Part shown: in pieces, positions 45,419-58,434 of the stretch
How the letters are laid out: every line of letters begins with the position of its first letter
Numbering within the stretch: position 1 is the stretch's first letter
DNA from: Ramazzottius varieornatus
Taxonomy: Eukaryota > Animalia > Tardigrada
Length of the DNA: 64,000 nucleotides
Assembly: GCA_001949185.1 (NCBI GenBank)
Contig: BDGG01000004.1
Coordinates: forward strand, 2,670,912-2,734,911
Direction of reading: 5' to 3'
Notes under the pieces: generated by a model
Databases searched by the model: none
What the model saw: the letters and a program-made list of their open reading frames with translations, nothing else
What the model was told of the DNA's origin: nothing
Translations under genes and position numbers: made by a program

Positions 45419-47808
45419 CGAGGGGACTGAGCCTCTCCCAGCCTCAATTCCGAAACCGAAACGGTAGAAAGATAGAGAAGAGCTTCCTCTATCGACTGGG
45501 ACAGTCGTAACCGGCTCAAAAATAACCTGGAAACTACAGCAGGAAGCAGAAGTGACGTAAGAATCTGGGCGGTACATGGCTATTCCGTCTAATCAAGTGG
45601 TTTGATTAACTAATGGTTGATTGGCCTTTTGATTGACGAAACTGCACCGTATTGCACAATATCAGCTGGTATTCAGTACAACGGCGGGCCTGTGGATGTC
45701 TTCCATAAAAATTCTACCATTTTCGTTCTCTTCATAATCCGAACGACATGCATACTGTGTGTCCTATGAAAATCCTGAAGCTTCTGGAGACGGGATATGG
45801 GCAGCACTTCAAGCCAAGCGACTCACCAAGTGCAGCTGATAAGCCGTTGAAGACGCTTGTGAAAGGTATTAATTCTTACTAATAATGTCGCACCAGTGTG
45901 ATATACGGGCTGACTGTTCTGTTCCAGAATTTTTGGACACTCATCTTAGCCAGGCTGGCTGCCCTGTTTTGCCTACCGAGGAGGACTTACGGTTCCAGCT
46001 GGCCACTAGGACCTCAAAATTTGATGAGTTCGAGAAGTCCATTGCCGAAACCAACCTGTTGACCGGTTATACCGAAGATGATTTCGATGCTACTCCAGAC
46101 GATCGTCTCACGAACTACGAACCTCTATCCAACGAAACTGAGCCGTCGTCGCACGAGCTGTTCTTCCCTAGAATACCGGATCCCAAAGTTCCATTTGACC
46201 AAGCAGCCGACGTTGACTACAAGAAACGGGCCCTGAGCCAGTTTCTGGACTGAGCCAGTCACCAAGAAGCGTCGTAGTCTGTCGTGCGTGCAGAAAAGAT
46301 TCAGGAAAGTGACTAGCGTACGTCGGCTGAGCGAATGGGAGAGACAGTTAGCAGCGGGAGGCTCGCGAATCGATAAGCTGAAAGCCATACGACTGAAGAC
46401 GGGAAAAAAGTTCTTCCTCGCCAAGCAGAAACCTCACGTCGTAAAAGACATGGACATCCAGCGATGGGCTCTCACAACAAACCGTGATCTTGGTCTGGCT
46501 GGCTTTACAGCTTACTCTTGGTGGGTTGCGAAGTTCGAACGGTACGTGTGGAGCGAGAGGCTAGTACGGATGTTATCAGGCCAAAGATCATAATAAATTT
46601 TTTTTCTTTTAGGTACTATGACATTTGCGGCAGGAAGAGTACCAAGTTTGTCACGGGAAAGTACCTGAAAGAAGAACCGGAAATGAAGAAGAGCGCAGAT
46701 GAATTTTTGCTCTAGCCAAATCAAAGATTCAAGCCTATGGGTTTGGCTGCTTATGGAATGCAGACCAGTCGGGCTTTGAGTACGAGATGCGTCCAGGTCG
46801 AACTCTAGCTTTTGTCGGCGCAAAACATGTTTTGGCACTCACGCGATCAGAAAATTCTATGACCCACAGTTATACGGTTATGATTAGCGTCTCTCCAGGT
46901 ACTCGAAAGTTTCTACCGGTTCACTTTCTCAGCCTGCAAGAAGACAAGGGTGTCTTCGGGCCCATCGTCAAACGAACCATGTTTAGAGCTAGAAACTTTC
47001 ATGTGACCGCTTCGACTTCCGGCAAGATGACCAAGCAGCTGTTTATCAAGTGGTGTGAGAAGGTGTTCTTTTTCCGCAAATGCATCATCACTGCATTTTC
47101 CTAGCCGATTCTTAGCCGACGTTCGCCGATCAGGACGCTGTCGAGGAAGTTAAATCTGAAGAGCTCGAGTACGAGATGATCCCAAATTTCACCTAAAGTA
47201 ACCGGTCAATTCAGCCACTTGACGTCCTCTGTTTCCGTATGTACAAGGGATACTTTCACAAGATTTCTAACTGGTTATTCCTGAATGATCAGCCTGTCCA
47301 GGTGCATCACCGAGAAGTGATCATTAAACTACATTCCTTGATCTATCAGCAGTTCACTTCACCCAGATTCCAAAACCTAATCGGACAAGCTTGGCACTTC
47401 TCAGGTTACATTGACAAGTCCTTTACGTATGTGAATCCGTCGGAATTCCGTTTCGATGGTCTGACTGGTCACTGCGACCACGGCAGCTGCTCACGTTCGC
47501 TACTTCTAAAATGTGGCTGGTGTAAAGCTCCTTTTTTCTTTCACCATTTCTACGAGAAATACCACTTTTGTAAAATTTATCCTTCTTGACATGTAGATCC
47601 AGACCTCTTTCCAATCAGATGATAGTCGCCTGATAAAATTACTAGCCATGTACCGCCCCGATTCTTACGTCACTTCCGCTTTCTGCTGTATTTTCCAGGA
47701 TATTTTTGAGCCGGTTACGACTGTCCCAGTCGATAGAGGAAGCTCTTCTCTATCTTTCTACCGTTTCGGTTTCGGAATTGAGACTGGAGGAGAGGCTAAA
47801 TCACCTCG
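45419..47808 (+). mobile_element. Tc4/Tc5-type DNA transposon, full length (2.39 kb)
   Basis: TIRs of about 165 bp (45419-45582 and 47643-47808). TCA is duplicated and the reconstructed empty site is CTCAG, the CTNAG target known for C. elegans Tc4/Tc5. Contains a transposase remnant. Confidence 0.9.
45748..47589 (+). pseudogene. Tc5-like DDE transposase, intron-containing, inactivated
   Basis: Motifs WNADQSGFEYEMRPGRTL, THSYTV, TASTSGKMTK, GQxQPLDV, QFTSPRF, and C-terminal CDHGSC...KCGWCKAPFFFHHFY..YHFC (Tc5 C-terminal-like). Several frameshifts and stops (about 46250, 46713, 47080-47200). Confidence 0.85.
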
Positions 47809-48859
47809 TCAGGTTATAGTCTGTCGCAAGATCACAAGGCCTCACATTGGTCCAACTTCTTTCCGTGACCTCTGCCGTGACTTCAGCATTAACGGACCAG
47901 GACTTGGTCTTATCACGCATGTTTATCGTGCACGGAAACTTGACCACGCACATTTACCGATCGCAAAACATGGGAACGGTTCCCTTCGTTTAATTAATGT
48001 CAGCAGTGCAAGAAGCAGTGGGCGGAAGTCCGACAAAGTTCAGGACTGAAACTCTCTCTAACGATGGTTCAAACGTTAAGAATCGACGTAGAAACATCTG
48101 GGTTGAAGTAACCAACAAAAAAAGCACTAAACAACGACAACGCGTGCTTGCGAGGTGCTCCATGGAAAAGGTTAAGTTTGTGGTTTTGACGTGGAAGTGC
48201 TCGTGGAAAGCGTGCAGCTGAACCAGTCTATTATTCTGTGGAGTTTGGACAGTAAAAACAAACAAGGCGTGTGACGGTGAGCGAAGCGCAAGTTGTCAGA
48301 GTAAGTGAGCTAAAGGGAGAATATATGGCTGTTGACCTGCAGTAATTCATTGCTGACATAGCGATGTTTCCGGGGGCGGTCTTCGAAGATCCCGCACAGT
48401 GGCGTGCGAGCGAAAGGAGCAATGGGTGCTCCGTGAGTAGACGGCAAGATCTGAAGGCGGAAGGCCTCAATGAGGGGTGGCTTGCCATGAAGAAATTGAA
48501 CTATATGAGTTCGCCGAATTACTAGACCATCAGTCAGTCACAATCCTGCAAGTAAAAGAAACGAAATATATGGAAGAAAGTTCCAGAAGCCGATGGTGTT
48601 CAGCAACTGGCATCGGCTTTGGTTCTCTGCTGCGAATTTCGCGCAAAATCTTACATTTGCCCATTCCTCGGAGTTTTGCCGCCAACTTCCGCATACCTCC
48701 CAGATCGATACCCATTGAAAGAGATGATTTCGAATGTGAGTGCGCTGCAGGAGACTTGGCATTAATGAACATGTCCGGTATCTCGATGCCCACTGCAGAA
48801 AAAAAATCATCCATTAATACAAACGTACTCCTTCCCTATTGTCGATCGAGGACCCGCGG

Positions 48860-49261
48860 TTAGAGTCCTCGATCGACGGCGGTAGAGACAGGCACACAGT
48901 ATTCGGTTGATTCACGAATTCTACACTTACAAGCTCGCTTGTTGTTTCGTAGAGTTTGATGCTTTTCCGCCAGCTGCTTCCACGGGATGCGAGCCATCTC
49001 GGCGAAGAATTCGCTGTTCGGTATCCGCTGGATATTCTCCCGCCAAACCTGGCTTTTAGCGTATCTCATGGCTTCTTTGTCGGCTGACTCCTTCCATGGA
49101 TCGGGGCCGGTAAGAGTCAGGGAAGATAATACTGAATTTTCTACGGTTACTGGTGCGGGAGCGGCGTCGGCAGAGAAGGGTACGCAACCTATGACGGCCC
49201 ATAGGACCGTTATTGACGAAAGGAGAAAGCAGGTGCAAGTTGGACGCTCTGGAAAGGTCAT
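48860..49261 (-). CDS. orphan secreted precursor, 133 aa (signal peptide, propeptide, KR site, Cys-containing C-terminal peptide)
   Basis: Single-exon ORF with a hydrophobic N-terminus and an ADA|APAP cleavage-like site. KR precedes ACKCRIRESTEYCVPVSTAVDRGL*. TATATAA at 49363-49369 on the minus strand, about 100 nt upstream. Confidence 0.55.
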   Translation of the reverse strand: MTFPERPTCTCFLLSSITVLWAVIGCVPFSADAAPAPVTVENSVLSSLTLTGPDPWKESADKEAMRYAKSQVWRENIQRIPNSEFFAEMARIPWKQLAEKHQTLRNNKRACKCRIRESTEYCVPVSTAVDRGL

Positions 49262-49509
49262 CTTTTCAATTAGCCCGACTTCACTCCTGTGGTGGCAAGC
49301 TGAAAAAGAACAAGAAGATGTTGGACGGAAAACCCCGACGGAAAGAACCTACTTCTGGGTTGTTATATAAGCCCTTCTTCTAACGAAGGACGATGTTGTC
49401 ACGAAGTTCCTTATCTCGGTAATTAATTAGCTCAACGAAAGCTATAAACAACACTGTCTTCTTAATTTGTATAAAGTGATGATTTGAGTGACGCACATCC
49501 GTTGGTGCA

Positions 49510-51073
49510 ATGAGTCAGATATGGATTGACCTTTCTTTAATTCAAACCTTCGCATGTCCTTCTAACGATTATTATACCGGTATCAGCACGGCGCAAGCGT
49601 TTATAAAATCAGAATTCCACAAACCCAGGGTTATGATTGAGCCCTGGCACCAACGAATGGATGAGCTCGGTATCCGAGATTTTCAGTTCAAGGCCAGAGC
49701 AGACAATGCAGTCGCCATGATGGAGGTGGCCGTGTGAGATATTGAAACTAAAATGGAATCGCTATGGCATACTCTCTCCAGGAAGCGCCGGTATTTAAAA
49801 GAGCAAAAGATTACCCGTCCCGAGCTTGCCGGAAAGCGGACGCCATGTTCAGAGAATACTCGGGGTCTTTAACCGGGTCTAGCCGGCGAACACGGCGAAC
49901 AAGCACAAAAGGTTCGATTTTGTTCTCGTAAACAAGCGTGTCCGTCCTTCAGAGCGATCAAGCGTCTATCTACCCCGGAAGCAGGTAAGTACTTTCATGA
50001 AAAGATCTAATCACGTAACAGAAACCCCTGGGTTGGAAAAAACAGGAAACCGTAATCGACTGGAGGTATCCGTTCGGATTAACATGACTTACCGATGGTC
50101 CTCTCACGTGCTGTTGGATCACGATGAGATGAGCTGCCGATCACAGAGTAGGCTCCTTTGCGCCTGAAAGAAAAAAGACTTTGAGGATGAGAAACTGCAA
50201 AGTGAGATCTTACGGCTCAGTCCGCGCTTAAAAGGATTTTATACCGCAATGAAGTTCGGACAGGGACTATATCTTTGATTTTGGACTACAGCAAACATAC
50301 TCGATCGCCGAGATTAAATCCGCAGTTTAATAAGGTCTCCCGAGCTCCTTTATCATCACTGACGTCGTTGCCTGTCCCACGTCGTAGGCGTTGCTGAACT
50401 TGATACCGGCTGGGATCTTCAAGATCTTTGGTCTCCGCTTGCCAAGTTGAGTGGGCTCCTGAAACAGTACGGGGAACCGTTTAGGATAAATCGTTGACTG
50501 TGGCACTTGATCACGATTATATTCCTCTATTGGCTCACAAGAGGAAGATGCCTCGATGTTACAGTATAAGGTCGATGCTTCCGCACCCCTGTCTTTGATA
50601 GCAAATCAATTTAGTTAAAACGCACTTGAACGCATTCCTGAAGGGCCAACCGATACTCATTAAAGATTCCGCAAAAGTGCTCTCGGATATTGACTGTCGA
50701 AACAGTACCAAGCCTCCGTACCGGGAACGTTGATGAAAATAAGGTGTGCTGCGCGTCATGTCGATCTCCCAGCGGAAAATCTGACGGACATTGTGATCTT
50801 AATGTGGGAGAGATCAATAATTATGATTATTATGCGAACTTCCTCTTCCGCCGTTCAAACTATACGAGACTCGGACCATGGGTCCCTACCGACCCCAGAG
50901 CTTCGGCGCCGGCAGGGCTCCTTCCATTGTCATCAGACCTAGGAAAAATCTCCTTTTCCCTGCTTCCAGCAGCAGTGGCCATTTGGAATAAACATTTGGA
51001 TCGTCGAAAAAATTACGACAAAATAGTGTCGGCCGTTTGCTGTCCAACCCGTATAGCACAGGCACTGAGATAG
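49510..51073 (+). pseudogene. possible degenerate coding remnant of unknown family
   Basis: Several protein-like fragments in shifting frames, with stops and a strong donor (CAG|GTAAGT near 49985). No recognisable domain. Confidence 0.2.
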
Positions 51074-51469
51074 CGACGTAAATAGTCATGAGTAACGTGT
51101 CATCTGTCTAGGTGTTGTCAGGTATGACATGTTACCTATGCACATACAGCACACGAATTACAATTTACAAAGGAACACTTTTTAGCTTACCAGACATAAT
51201 GGATCTTGCGACGTTTGGTGGGCCATACCTCCGTGACGTCTGGTCCGAGTCCAGACGGAATCTTGTTGCGGAAGCTGTCAAGATCTTCCCTTTACCAGTC
51301 TCGATTAGACAGCTTCTTTCCGACGTTGTCGGCTTCGTTGTCTACAACTTGCTGAAGAGAAGCCCGGACTGAGCTCCTGAGCCATTTCGGAACGCAGTGT
51401 GTGTCTCTGAAAGACTCAGCGTATTCTTTAACCGGCGTTCCGCGACGACGTCAGCTTCAAGCCTCCAAC

Positions 51470-53416
51470 ATGCCTCCAAAAGGAAAAGGCGACGAGAAAG
51501 CTCCTCCACCGCTGATCGGACGTGTCGGAACGACTCTCAAAGTTGGAATCGTTGGTGTTCCAAACGTGGGGTGAGAGAGCCTGCGCGAATCTTGTAAATA
51601 TTCGATATGTTAGGGGAACAGCATTTGAACAATTGCTAACACAATCAGCTGTTTGCTGAACCGGAAGTTTAGTGCCGTAATCTGTCCTTTCGTTCTGCAG
51701 GAAGTCGTCCTTCTTCAACGTGCTGACCAAAAGTTCTGTGCCCGCTGAAAATTTCCCGTTTTGTACGATCGATCCGAACGAAAGTAGGTATCTTGGTTCT
51801 TGGAACATCGTCCTGGGGCTATCTGTTGATGCTGATGGGCCGTAATGGTGCTGATTATGCATTAGCCAGAGGTAGTCACCATCACGTTGGTGGCGAATTA
51901 TAGTCAGATGATTCGTTCCGTTACTGATTGTGCTCGTTTTAGGTCGCGTTGCAGTCCCCGATGAACGATTTGACTATCTTGTAAAATTCCACGAACCTGC
52001 CAGGTAACCACACACGCAACAGCGTAATCTAACTAATGTTTTGGCCGAGCTGACGTTCTGTCGTCTGTTTTTCAGCAAGGTGTCGGCGTTCCTTAGCGTT
52101 GTCGACATTGCTGGCTTGGTCAAAGGAGCTTCTGCCGGACAGGGTTTAGGCAATGCATTTCTGTCGCACATAAGTGCTTGCGACGCCATATTTCTTATGC
52201 TCCGTGCGTACAGTATTCAATTTTCCATTAATTGAAAGATCTCAGTGCGGTCTGATAGATTCTCCAACTCTTTTTCCATAGGTGCTTTTGAAAGCGAGGA
52301 CATCACCCATGTCGAAGGCGATGTGAATCCCGTTAGAGATGCCGAGATTATCCTCGAGGAACTCAGGCTGAAGGATGAGGAAATGTTCAAAGAGAACTTT
52401 CAAAAGATTGAACGAGCCTACACACGTGGAAATGACAAGAAACTTAAACCGGAATATGACTCTATGGTCAAAATTAACAAGATTCTTGTCGAAGAGAAGA
52501 AACAGCTTCGGTTCGCAGAGTGGAGCGAACACGACATAGAAATCTTGAACAAGTATCTGTTCTTGACGGCGAAGCCCATTATCTACCTGGTCAACCTCTC
52601 CGAAGAGGATTACGCCAAGAAGAAAAATAAGTGGTACGACTGAAAAGACATACTTGAACAATGGCTGGTTCCCGCACTAAGAATTATCTTTGCAGGCTAC
52701 CGAAGCTCAAAGCTTGGATTGACCAGAACGACCCAGGAGCCGTTCTGATTCCACTGAGCGTTGCGCTAGAAGCTAAGTTGGTGGAGATGCCGGACGATGA
52801 AAGGAAGGCGTATCTTGCACAAAATAATCTGACGAGTGCCTTGGACAAGATCATCACCACGGGTTTCCGCTCATTGCAGCTGCAATACTTTTTCACTGCG
52901 GGAAAAGATGAGGTCAAAGCGTGGACGATTCAGGTAATCATCAGAATCGTTTTCAACCGGAAACGGATTGTCTGTGTTATACCGTATTCGACCAACTTCT
53001 TTCTGACCGAAGAAAGGCACGAAGGCACCGCAAGCTGCTGGAAGAATTCATGGTGATTTTGAGAAAGGTTTTATCATGGCGGAAGTGATGGCCTTCAACG
53101 ATTTCAAGGAAGCTGGTTCTGAAGCCGCAGTGAAGGTGAGCACCTACCTGTCTTACAGTCAGACACAGTTGCGAGGTACTTAAGTTCGGTCCTGGGAGTT
53201 ATTGCTGAAATGATGATGATGTCACGCGCTTTCAGGCTGCAGGAAAGTACCGTCAGCAAGGACGAAATTACACTGTGGAAGGTGACTTTCTAAGAGTTGC
53301 TCCCTATGGCGATCCTATTCAGCTGAATTTAATTGCGCCGTGTTGTGTTTCCAGATGGCGATATCATCTTCTTCAAATTCAACGCGGGAGCGGGTTTGCA
53401 GACGAAGAAGAAGTGA
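51470..53416 (+). CDS. OLA1: Obg-like ATPase 1 (YchF family)
   Basis: Motifs MPPKGK...[108 protein letters not shown]. Confidence 0.97.
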
Positions 53417-53559
53417 TCTTGCTCGATGAATGTTTTTTTTATCAAGCTCATCGTATATTTTCGAATATTACTTTTGTATAAGGGTACTGTGTATGTCCGT
53501 ACTAACTAGGTCCGCTCGAAATTTGTAGTGGTAGCTGTCTAATACCCTTCCTAGACGTC

Positions 53560-54060
53560 GCAGGACCCTACGGCGCGAAAAGAAAGAATTTCGTCACGGC
53601 GAATGACTTTGACGTTTCTTCCAGGCTTTCTTCCATCTCGCGGGTGGAACGCGGAGGAATTACGGTGGCTACCAGCAAATATAAACTCGGGAGGTTCGAA
53701 CATCAGTACTTCGATAAGTTTCTCGCGGTGGAAGTTAACGGGCCGGATGGCGCTTCCGTGTGTACGGTACTCGTGGTGTACATTTCACCTTGCCAGTCCC
53801 GATACATCTCTCCTGAGCGAGAAGATGATACGTGGGAAGAGCTGAAAGCATCCACACACACAGAGGATCGCTTGCACGCGGATGCTCGTCGTTATGGGCG
53901 ACTGCGACCCCCATCTCTCTGACCTTCCGCTTGATGTACTAGTTGAGGGATCTAACAGTAACCACGAGCTTGTCAAGTACTTCCTCAATGACTGCGGGTC
54001 TCAGGTTGACGGGCGTATCCAACACGAATGTGCTGTTCGCAGTTGAGCTACCATGCCGGG
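53560..54060 (+). mobile_element. degraded non-LTR retrotransposon relic (APE-type endonuclease fragment)
   Basis: Motifs ERGGITV, FLAVEV, LVVYISP and, in a shifted frame, VVMGDCD occur in the order of LINE endonuclease motifs (GGGV, VYxPP, IxGDFN). Contains stops and frameshifts. Confidence 0.6.
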
Positions 54061-54816
54061 TGCAACATCAAGCAGCGCTGACAGGCTGTCATGCTGGCCG
54101 GAAGCGAATGATAGCGTCAGTGGACCCATGGTCTCCTGTGCTAGCGTAGCCCAGTTGGTGCGGACCTTTGGCTTGTTACAAGGCGTCAGACGCCATCCGA
54201 GATCTCGTTTGCTGTGCTCTTGAGTCTTTATTTCTACAGACATAATCAGATCAGTGAAAGGCCGGGTGCCAGTTCAGGACTTCAAAGCCACGTACCAGGA
54301 CCACACTCGGACGAGCGGACCAGACAGCAGTCAATAACAGTGCCTTGAGCCGAACTATAACAGTGCCGCCCGAAAGTGAACTTAAAGAAGAACTGCTTAC
54401 CGAAATCATTTAGTCCGTTGAGACTAATTAGGTCTACTTCTCGGACGTAACCAAGAAACTCAGTTTGAAGAAAGCGCTTGGACCGATAACTGCAGGGATT
54501 TCGGTCTACATCGACTACTTCCGTGCGCCCAGTGCGCCATCTGGTGAAGTATGGCTTCACGGGCTCCTGACGCCGTGAATTTATGGGTTCATTCCGGACG
54601 AATGGCGGAACCCCTTTGTGAAGACAAGTTTTTGATTGGTTAATTGTGAAGGACGTCACAAAGACCGTCACGTGGTGAAATGGCTGCGCAAGTCCTGGGT
54701 GGTTTGTGGGTGGTGTGATAAGATTCAGAACCTCCCGTTTTTACTCAACGTACCGCCTTGGAGGAGTCCTCAACTTTGCCTATCCCACCCCACCAAAAGA
54801 CCATTGTGAAGCGGAA

Positions 54817-56446
54817 ATGGCACCAGCCGCGACGTCCACAAAGACATCTGGGATATCTGCTCAAGGACAACAGGCTCAGCCAGCGACGCTCAGCACTGCA
54901 ACACAGGCAAATGGCGTCCCCGTGCAGATTGCCATCACTGGTCCCGATGGACAGCTCTCCTACCAAACCATCAACATCCCTTGGTCGGTCCTACAGTCTG
55001 CCAGCTCTAGTGCCACACCAACCGCAACTACATCGGCAGCCACTACGACAACTGCTCCTGCAACGACCGTGCAGGCAACGCCAGCCAAAGTTACCACCAC
55101 CACTCCTCAAGTTGTTACCGTCTCCAAACCTGTCAGCAGCGATGATCAGCCTTCAAATGCAGCTAGCAACTCTCAAGTTCACACCATCTCGGTTAGCCAG
55201 CTAACCCCCATTCTGATCCAGCATAACGGCCAGTTGGTTCAAGCGTATAATGTGACGGGAGCTCTCAAACCAGGCAACATTCTTCAGTCGTTGAATTCTT
55301 CTGAACATGGCGCTATCCAGGTAAGTCTACAATCTATATATCCCCATCCTTCATCCGTGGAGCTCTCACCGTTTGTGTGTTAGGTTGTCCCTCAAGGATC
55401 TGTAGGACAAAGTCATTCAGGTAGATATGCCTATCTAAAAAAGGCTGGTTACCATTATAATAACGGAATCTGTGGTGTGCATAATGCTCTGTGATTCCTT
55501 CTGTGTAGGCACTCCCAAAGTCGAATTGGTCTCCGTTGTGCCATTGGGCTCCAGTTCAGGCATCCAGATCCTTAGTGGAAACCAGTCAGGCTTATCCATA
55601 TTAGATAATTCGAATTCAGCGAAACGGCAGAAGCGAGTGGCTTGCGATTGTCCAAACTGTCGTCGAAGTGAAGGTGGAGTACGGTGAGCATTAAAACGGA
55701 AGCTTTAGAGGTATCCGAGTTAGGCGATTATACGGTCTCTGGTAATTTCGTGATTTGTAGAACGCCTGATAGGAAGAAGCAACATATCTGTCACCATTCG
55801 GGCTGTGGCAAGATTTACGGCAAGACTTCTCACCTTCGCGCACATCTGAGATGGCATTCCGGAGAAAGACCTTTTGGCTGCACCTGGATGTTCTGTGGCA
55901 AAAGGTTCACTCGATCTGACGAGCTCCAAAGGCACATCCGGACCCATACGGGTAAGCTGCCGTTTCTTATCCTAGTCATCTACTGTTTATCTCCATGTTC
56001 AGCTGCTATAACTATTAAAATTGTCCACAACCAAAGTACGTAGTGCATAGCTTATCCCTAGCGTTTAATTTACAGGCGAGAAACGGTTCGCTTGCCAGGA
56101 CTGTGGAAAACGCTTTATGCGGTCGGATCATCTCAGCAAGCACATCAGGTAGGCCACTCTAAACCAGCGAGAAATTGCTGTAAAATTTTGATCGAGGGAA
56201 CAAAGAGCACAGTAGGGGTGAAAGAGAGAGGTTGGTCAGTAGTTATCATTACCAGACGAAAGGTTTAAAATCGTTGGTCTTCTGTTTAGGACGCACAGCA
56301 AGAAGGTGAAGGGCGAAAACGGCGATTCCGGGTCGAAGGGAGACGATGGGGCGGAATCGGAGCCGGAAAGCTTGGATGATGGAATGGACGCCCTCGAAGG
56401 TATGGACAAGATCGACATGAATCTCAATTTGACTTCACTACCGTGA
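54817..56446 (+). CDS. Sp1-4 class Sp transcription factor (buttonhead box + 3 C2H2 fingers); start uncertain
   Basis: Gln/Thr/Ser-rich N-terminus and Btd box [10 protein letters not shown]. Zinc fingers [86 protein letters not shown]. Confidence 0.93.
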
Positions 56447-58232
56447 TCTGTTGGACTCCTTGGCGGGCGTCAGCTGACATTTCCAGTTTTATTTGTTCGT
56501 TTAAATACTGTTCTTAGCTACAGTACGAGCTCGTACATATTCCTACATATGCTACACCTGAATCCTTGTGGATCATATCCGCTAACCGTTGTCGCTCTCA
56601 AGGCGCTTTTCCATTGCCGTTTACTACACTGAAAAAATCGTTACGTATATACACATCACTGTATTACTTTGAGAGCCTTGTTCCGCAAATTTTGTACATA
56701 CTACTCGCACTCCCTATATTCTTGTTTCCTTTAACTTTCGCCTTTTCACACTAAAGTCTCAACGGCCCCATTATGTACTATCTTCATTGTAGCAGGAACA
56801 AATGACTTTTCGGGTTGATGCCAGCCAGCGATCTTGCCAGTGTCTAGGGTCCAACTGTTGGCCGTCAGAGTTGTGCAAATAGCTGCCCGGAACGTAAATA
56901 CCAGAATCAACATGGCAGTCTCTCACATAGTTCTCTCTGATATCAAACACTGTAAACATCACAAAATTGTAACGCAGCGTCTGATGCTCCGGATCACCTC
57001 GATAGTCCGTGTGTCTGCTTCACCTGGTACTTTCGCTCGAACATGAGTTGCGAAGGTGACCGGTGGCCGTGGGCGTATTCGTGAGAACAGTGCTTGCATC
57101 TCGGTCATATTTTCTGTTGCTACCTTGTATGACTTCTGACTTTTCTTTTCACTTCCGTATAGAATACGCGGTAGATGACCACATGAAATACGCGTTAATG
57201 TGATGGGGTGGTACAGTACTGTATCGTTATATGGAAGGTACGTATATGAGTACGAGAGAGGTACGCGCTGGCCTCTCTCCGTATCTTGACCACTGTCAAA
57301 ATGCTTCTTCAGCTTCTGTCATTTCTGAAGACGCTATAGAGCAGCAAGTTAGCTACTGTTTGGCAGAATCTTAAAACTTGTGTCCACGATTTGATGCTCC
57401 ACTGGACTGTTCTAAATCAATCACTGTGCTAGTGAGCAAGAGCCTGATTTAGAAATCCGGTCATCTATCGCTATCATCTGACAGCTGCGCGGAGGATTAT
57501 AAGTGCAAATGGACCTCTGCCACGCTTCAGCAAGCTGTTAACATGTGCGCTCATGAATCGCGGGTTAGTTCAAATTCCAGATTATTACGCGTGAATGATA
57601 GTGGATTTATCCTGAATTTCGGCGGTTCTGTATTATATTCGGGAGATTCCTGGACACCGGTCAGCTTGTTGCGTATGCCTATGTTCGATTTCCCATTGTC
57701 ACGGTAAGTCAACCAAGCGTGAGAGGGTCGTGTGTTGGAAGATAATTTTCATTTCCATCGACAAATATGCCTTCTTGCTTTTATGAATTTGGCTCAAGGG
57801 CAACATTGTCATGGATTTTCTACCATGCCTAATAGCCTCGGTAAACGCGTGATGGTGTGGAACATGCGGACGGCAGACGCACTTCCAAAATTAATGATGT
57901 AACTGCGTGCGCAATATCATACAAGATTAGTTCCGGCGGGTTTCTAGACCCTGGCCGGTACCTGTGGCGCAACTGGACTACCTATAGGTAAAAACATACT
58001 CGGTACAGGTATATGGGCACAAAAAACAACGAGCACATAGTTTCGCAGACATGTCACCGTTTGCCAACGCTCTGTAACCGCTTAGCAAATAGTACTGTAA
58101 TTATTTTTTACACACTACATGGCACTCTTGGTGAGTTTGAAGACGGCATTCTTGGGCGCGTGCGGTGTCATAAGTCTGGTAACTTTTTTCTTTTGCGGGG
58201 TTTCTGGTGCAATGAACTTTGTGTTGATGTTA

Positions 58233-58434
58233 CAGTGTAGGCAAATAAGGTACTCTAGAAGGAGGAGGGCCAAAGTCGAGTTTTCGACAAGTGACGTAGA
58301 AGTCCGGCTCGAAGTAATCAGCAGATCAAGCGGCAGTTCACGTCTCTGGATTGCAGCTTGATCAGCTGTTTGTTTTCTGCGTCACGTCGATTTTGGCCTT
58401 GCCCCCTCTTAGAGTACCTTATTTGCCTACACTG
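58233..58434. mobile_element. Tc1/mariner-derived MITE, 202 bp, TA-flanked
   Basis: Perfect 25-bp TIR CAGTGTAGGCAAATAAGGTACTCTA / TAGAGTACCTTATTTGCCTACACTG with further imperfect pairing inward. TA on both sides. Lies in a likely 5' UTR intron of liprin-beta. Confidence 0.85.

Noticed and set aside
47648-48049. 133-aa ORF after the transposase
   Set aside because: It begins inside the right TIR and runs into flanking DNA, with no domain; likely spurious.
54141-54290. tRNA-like start GCTAGCGTAGCCCAGTTGGT (A-box-like)
   Set aside because: No matching acceptor stem, anticodon arm or proper T-loop/B-box. At best a SINE-like relic next to the LINE fragment.
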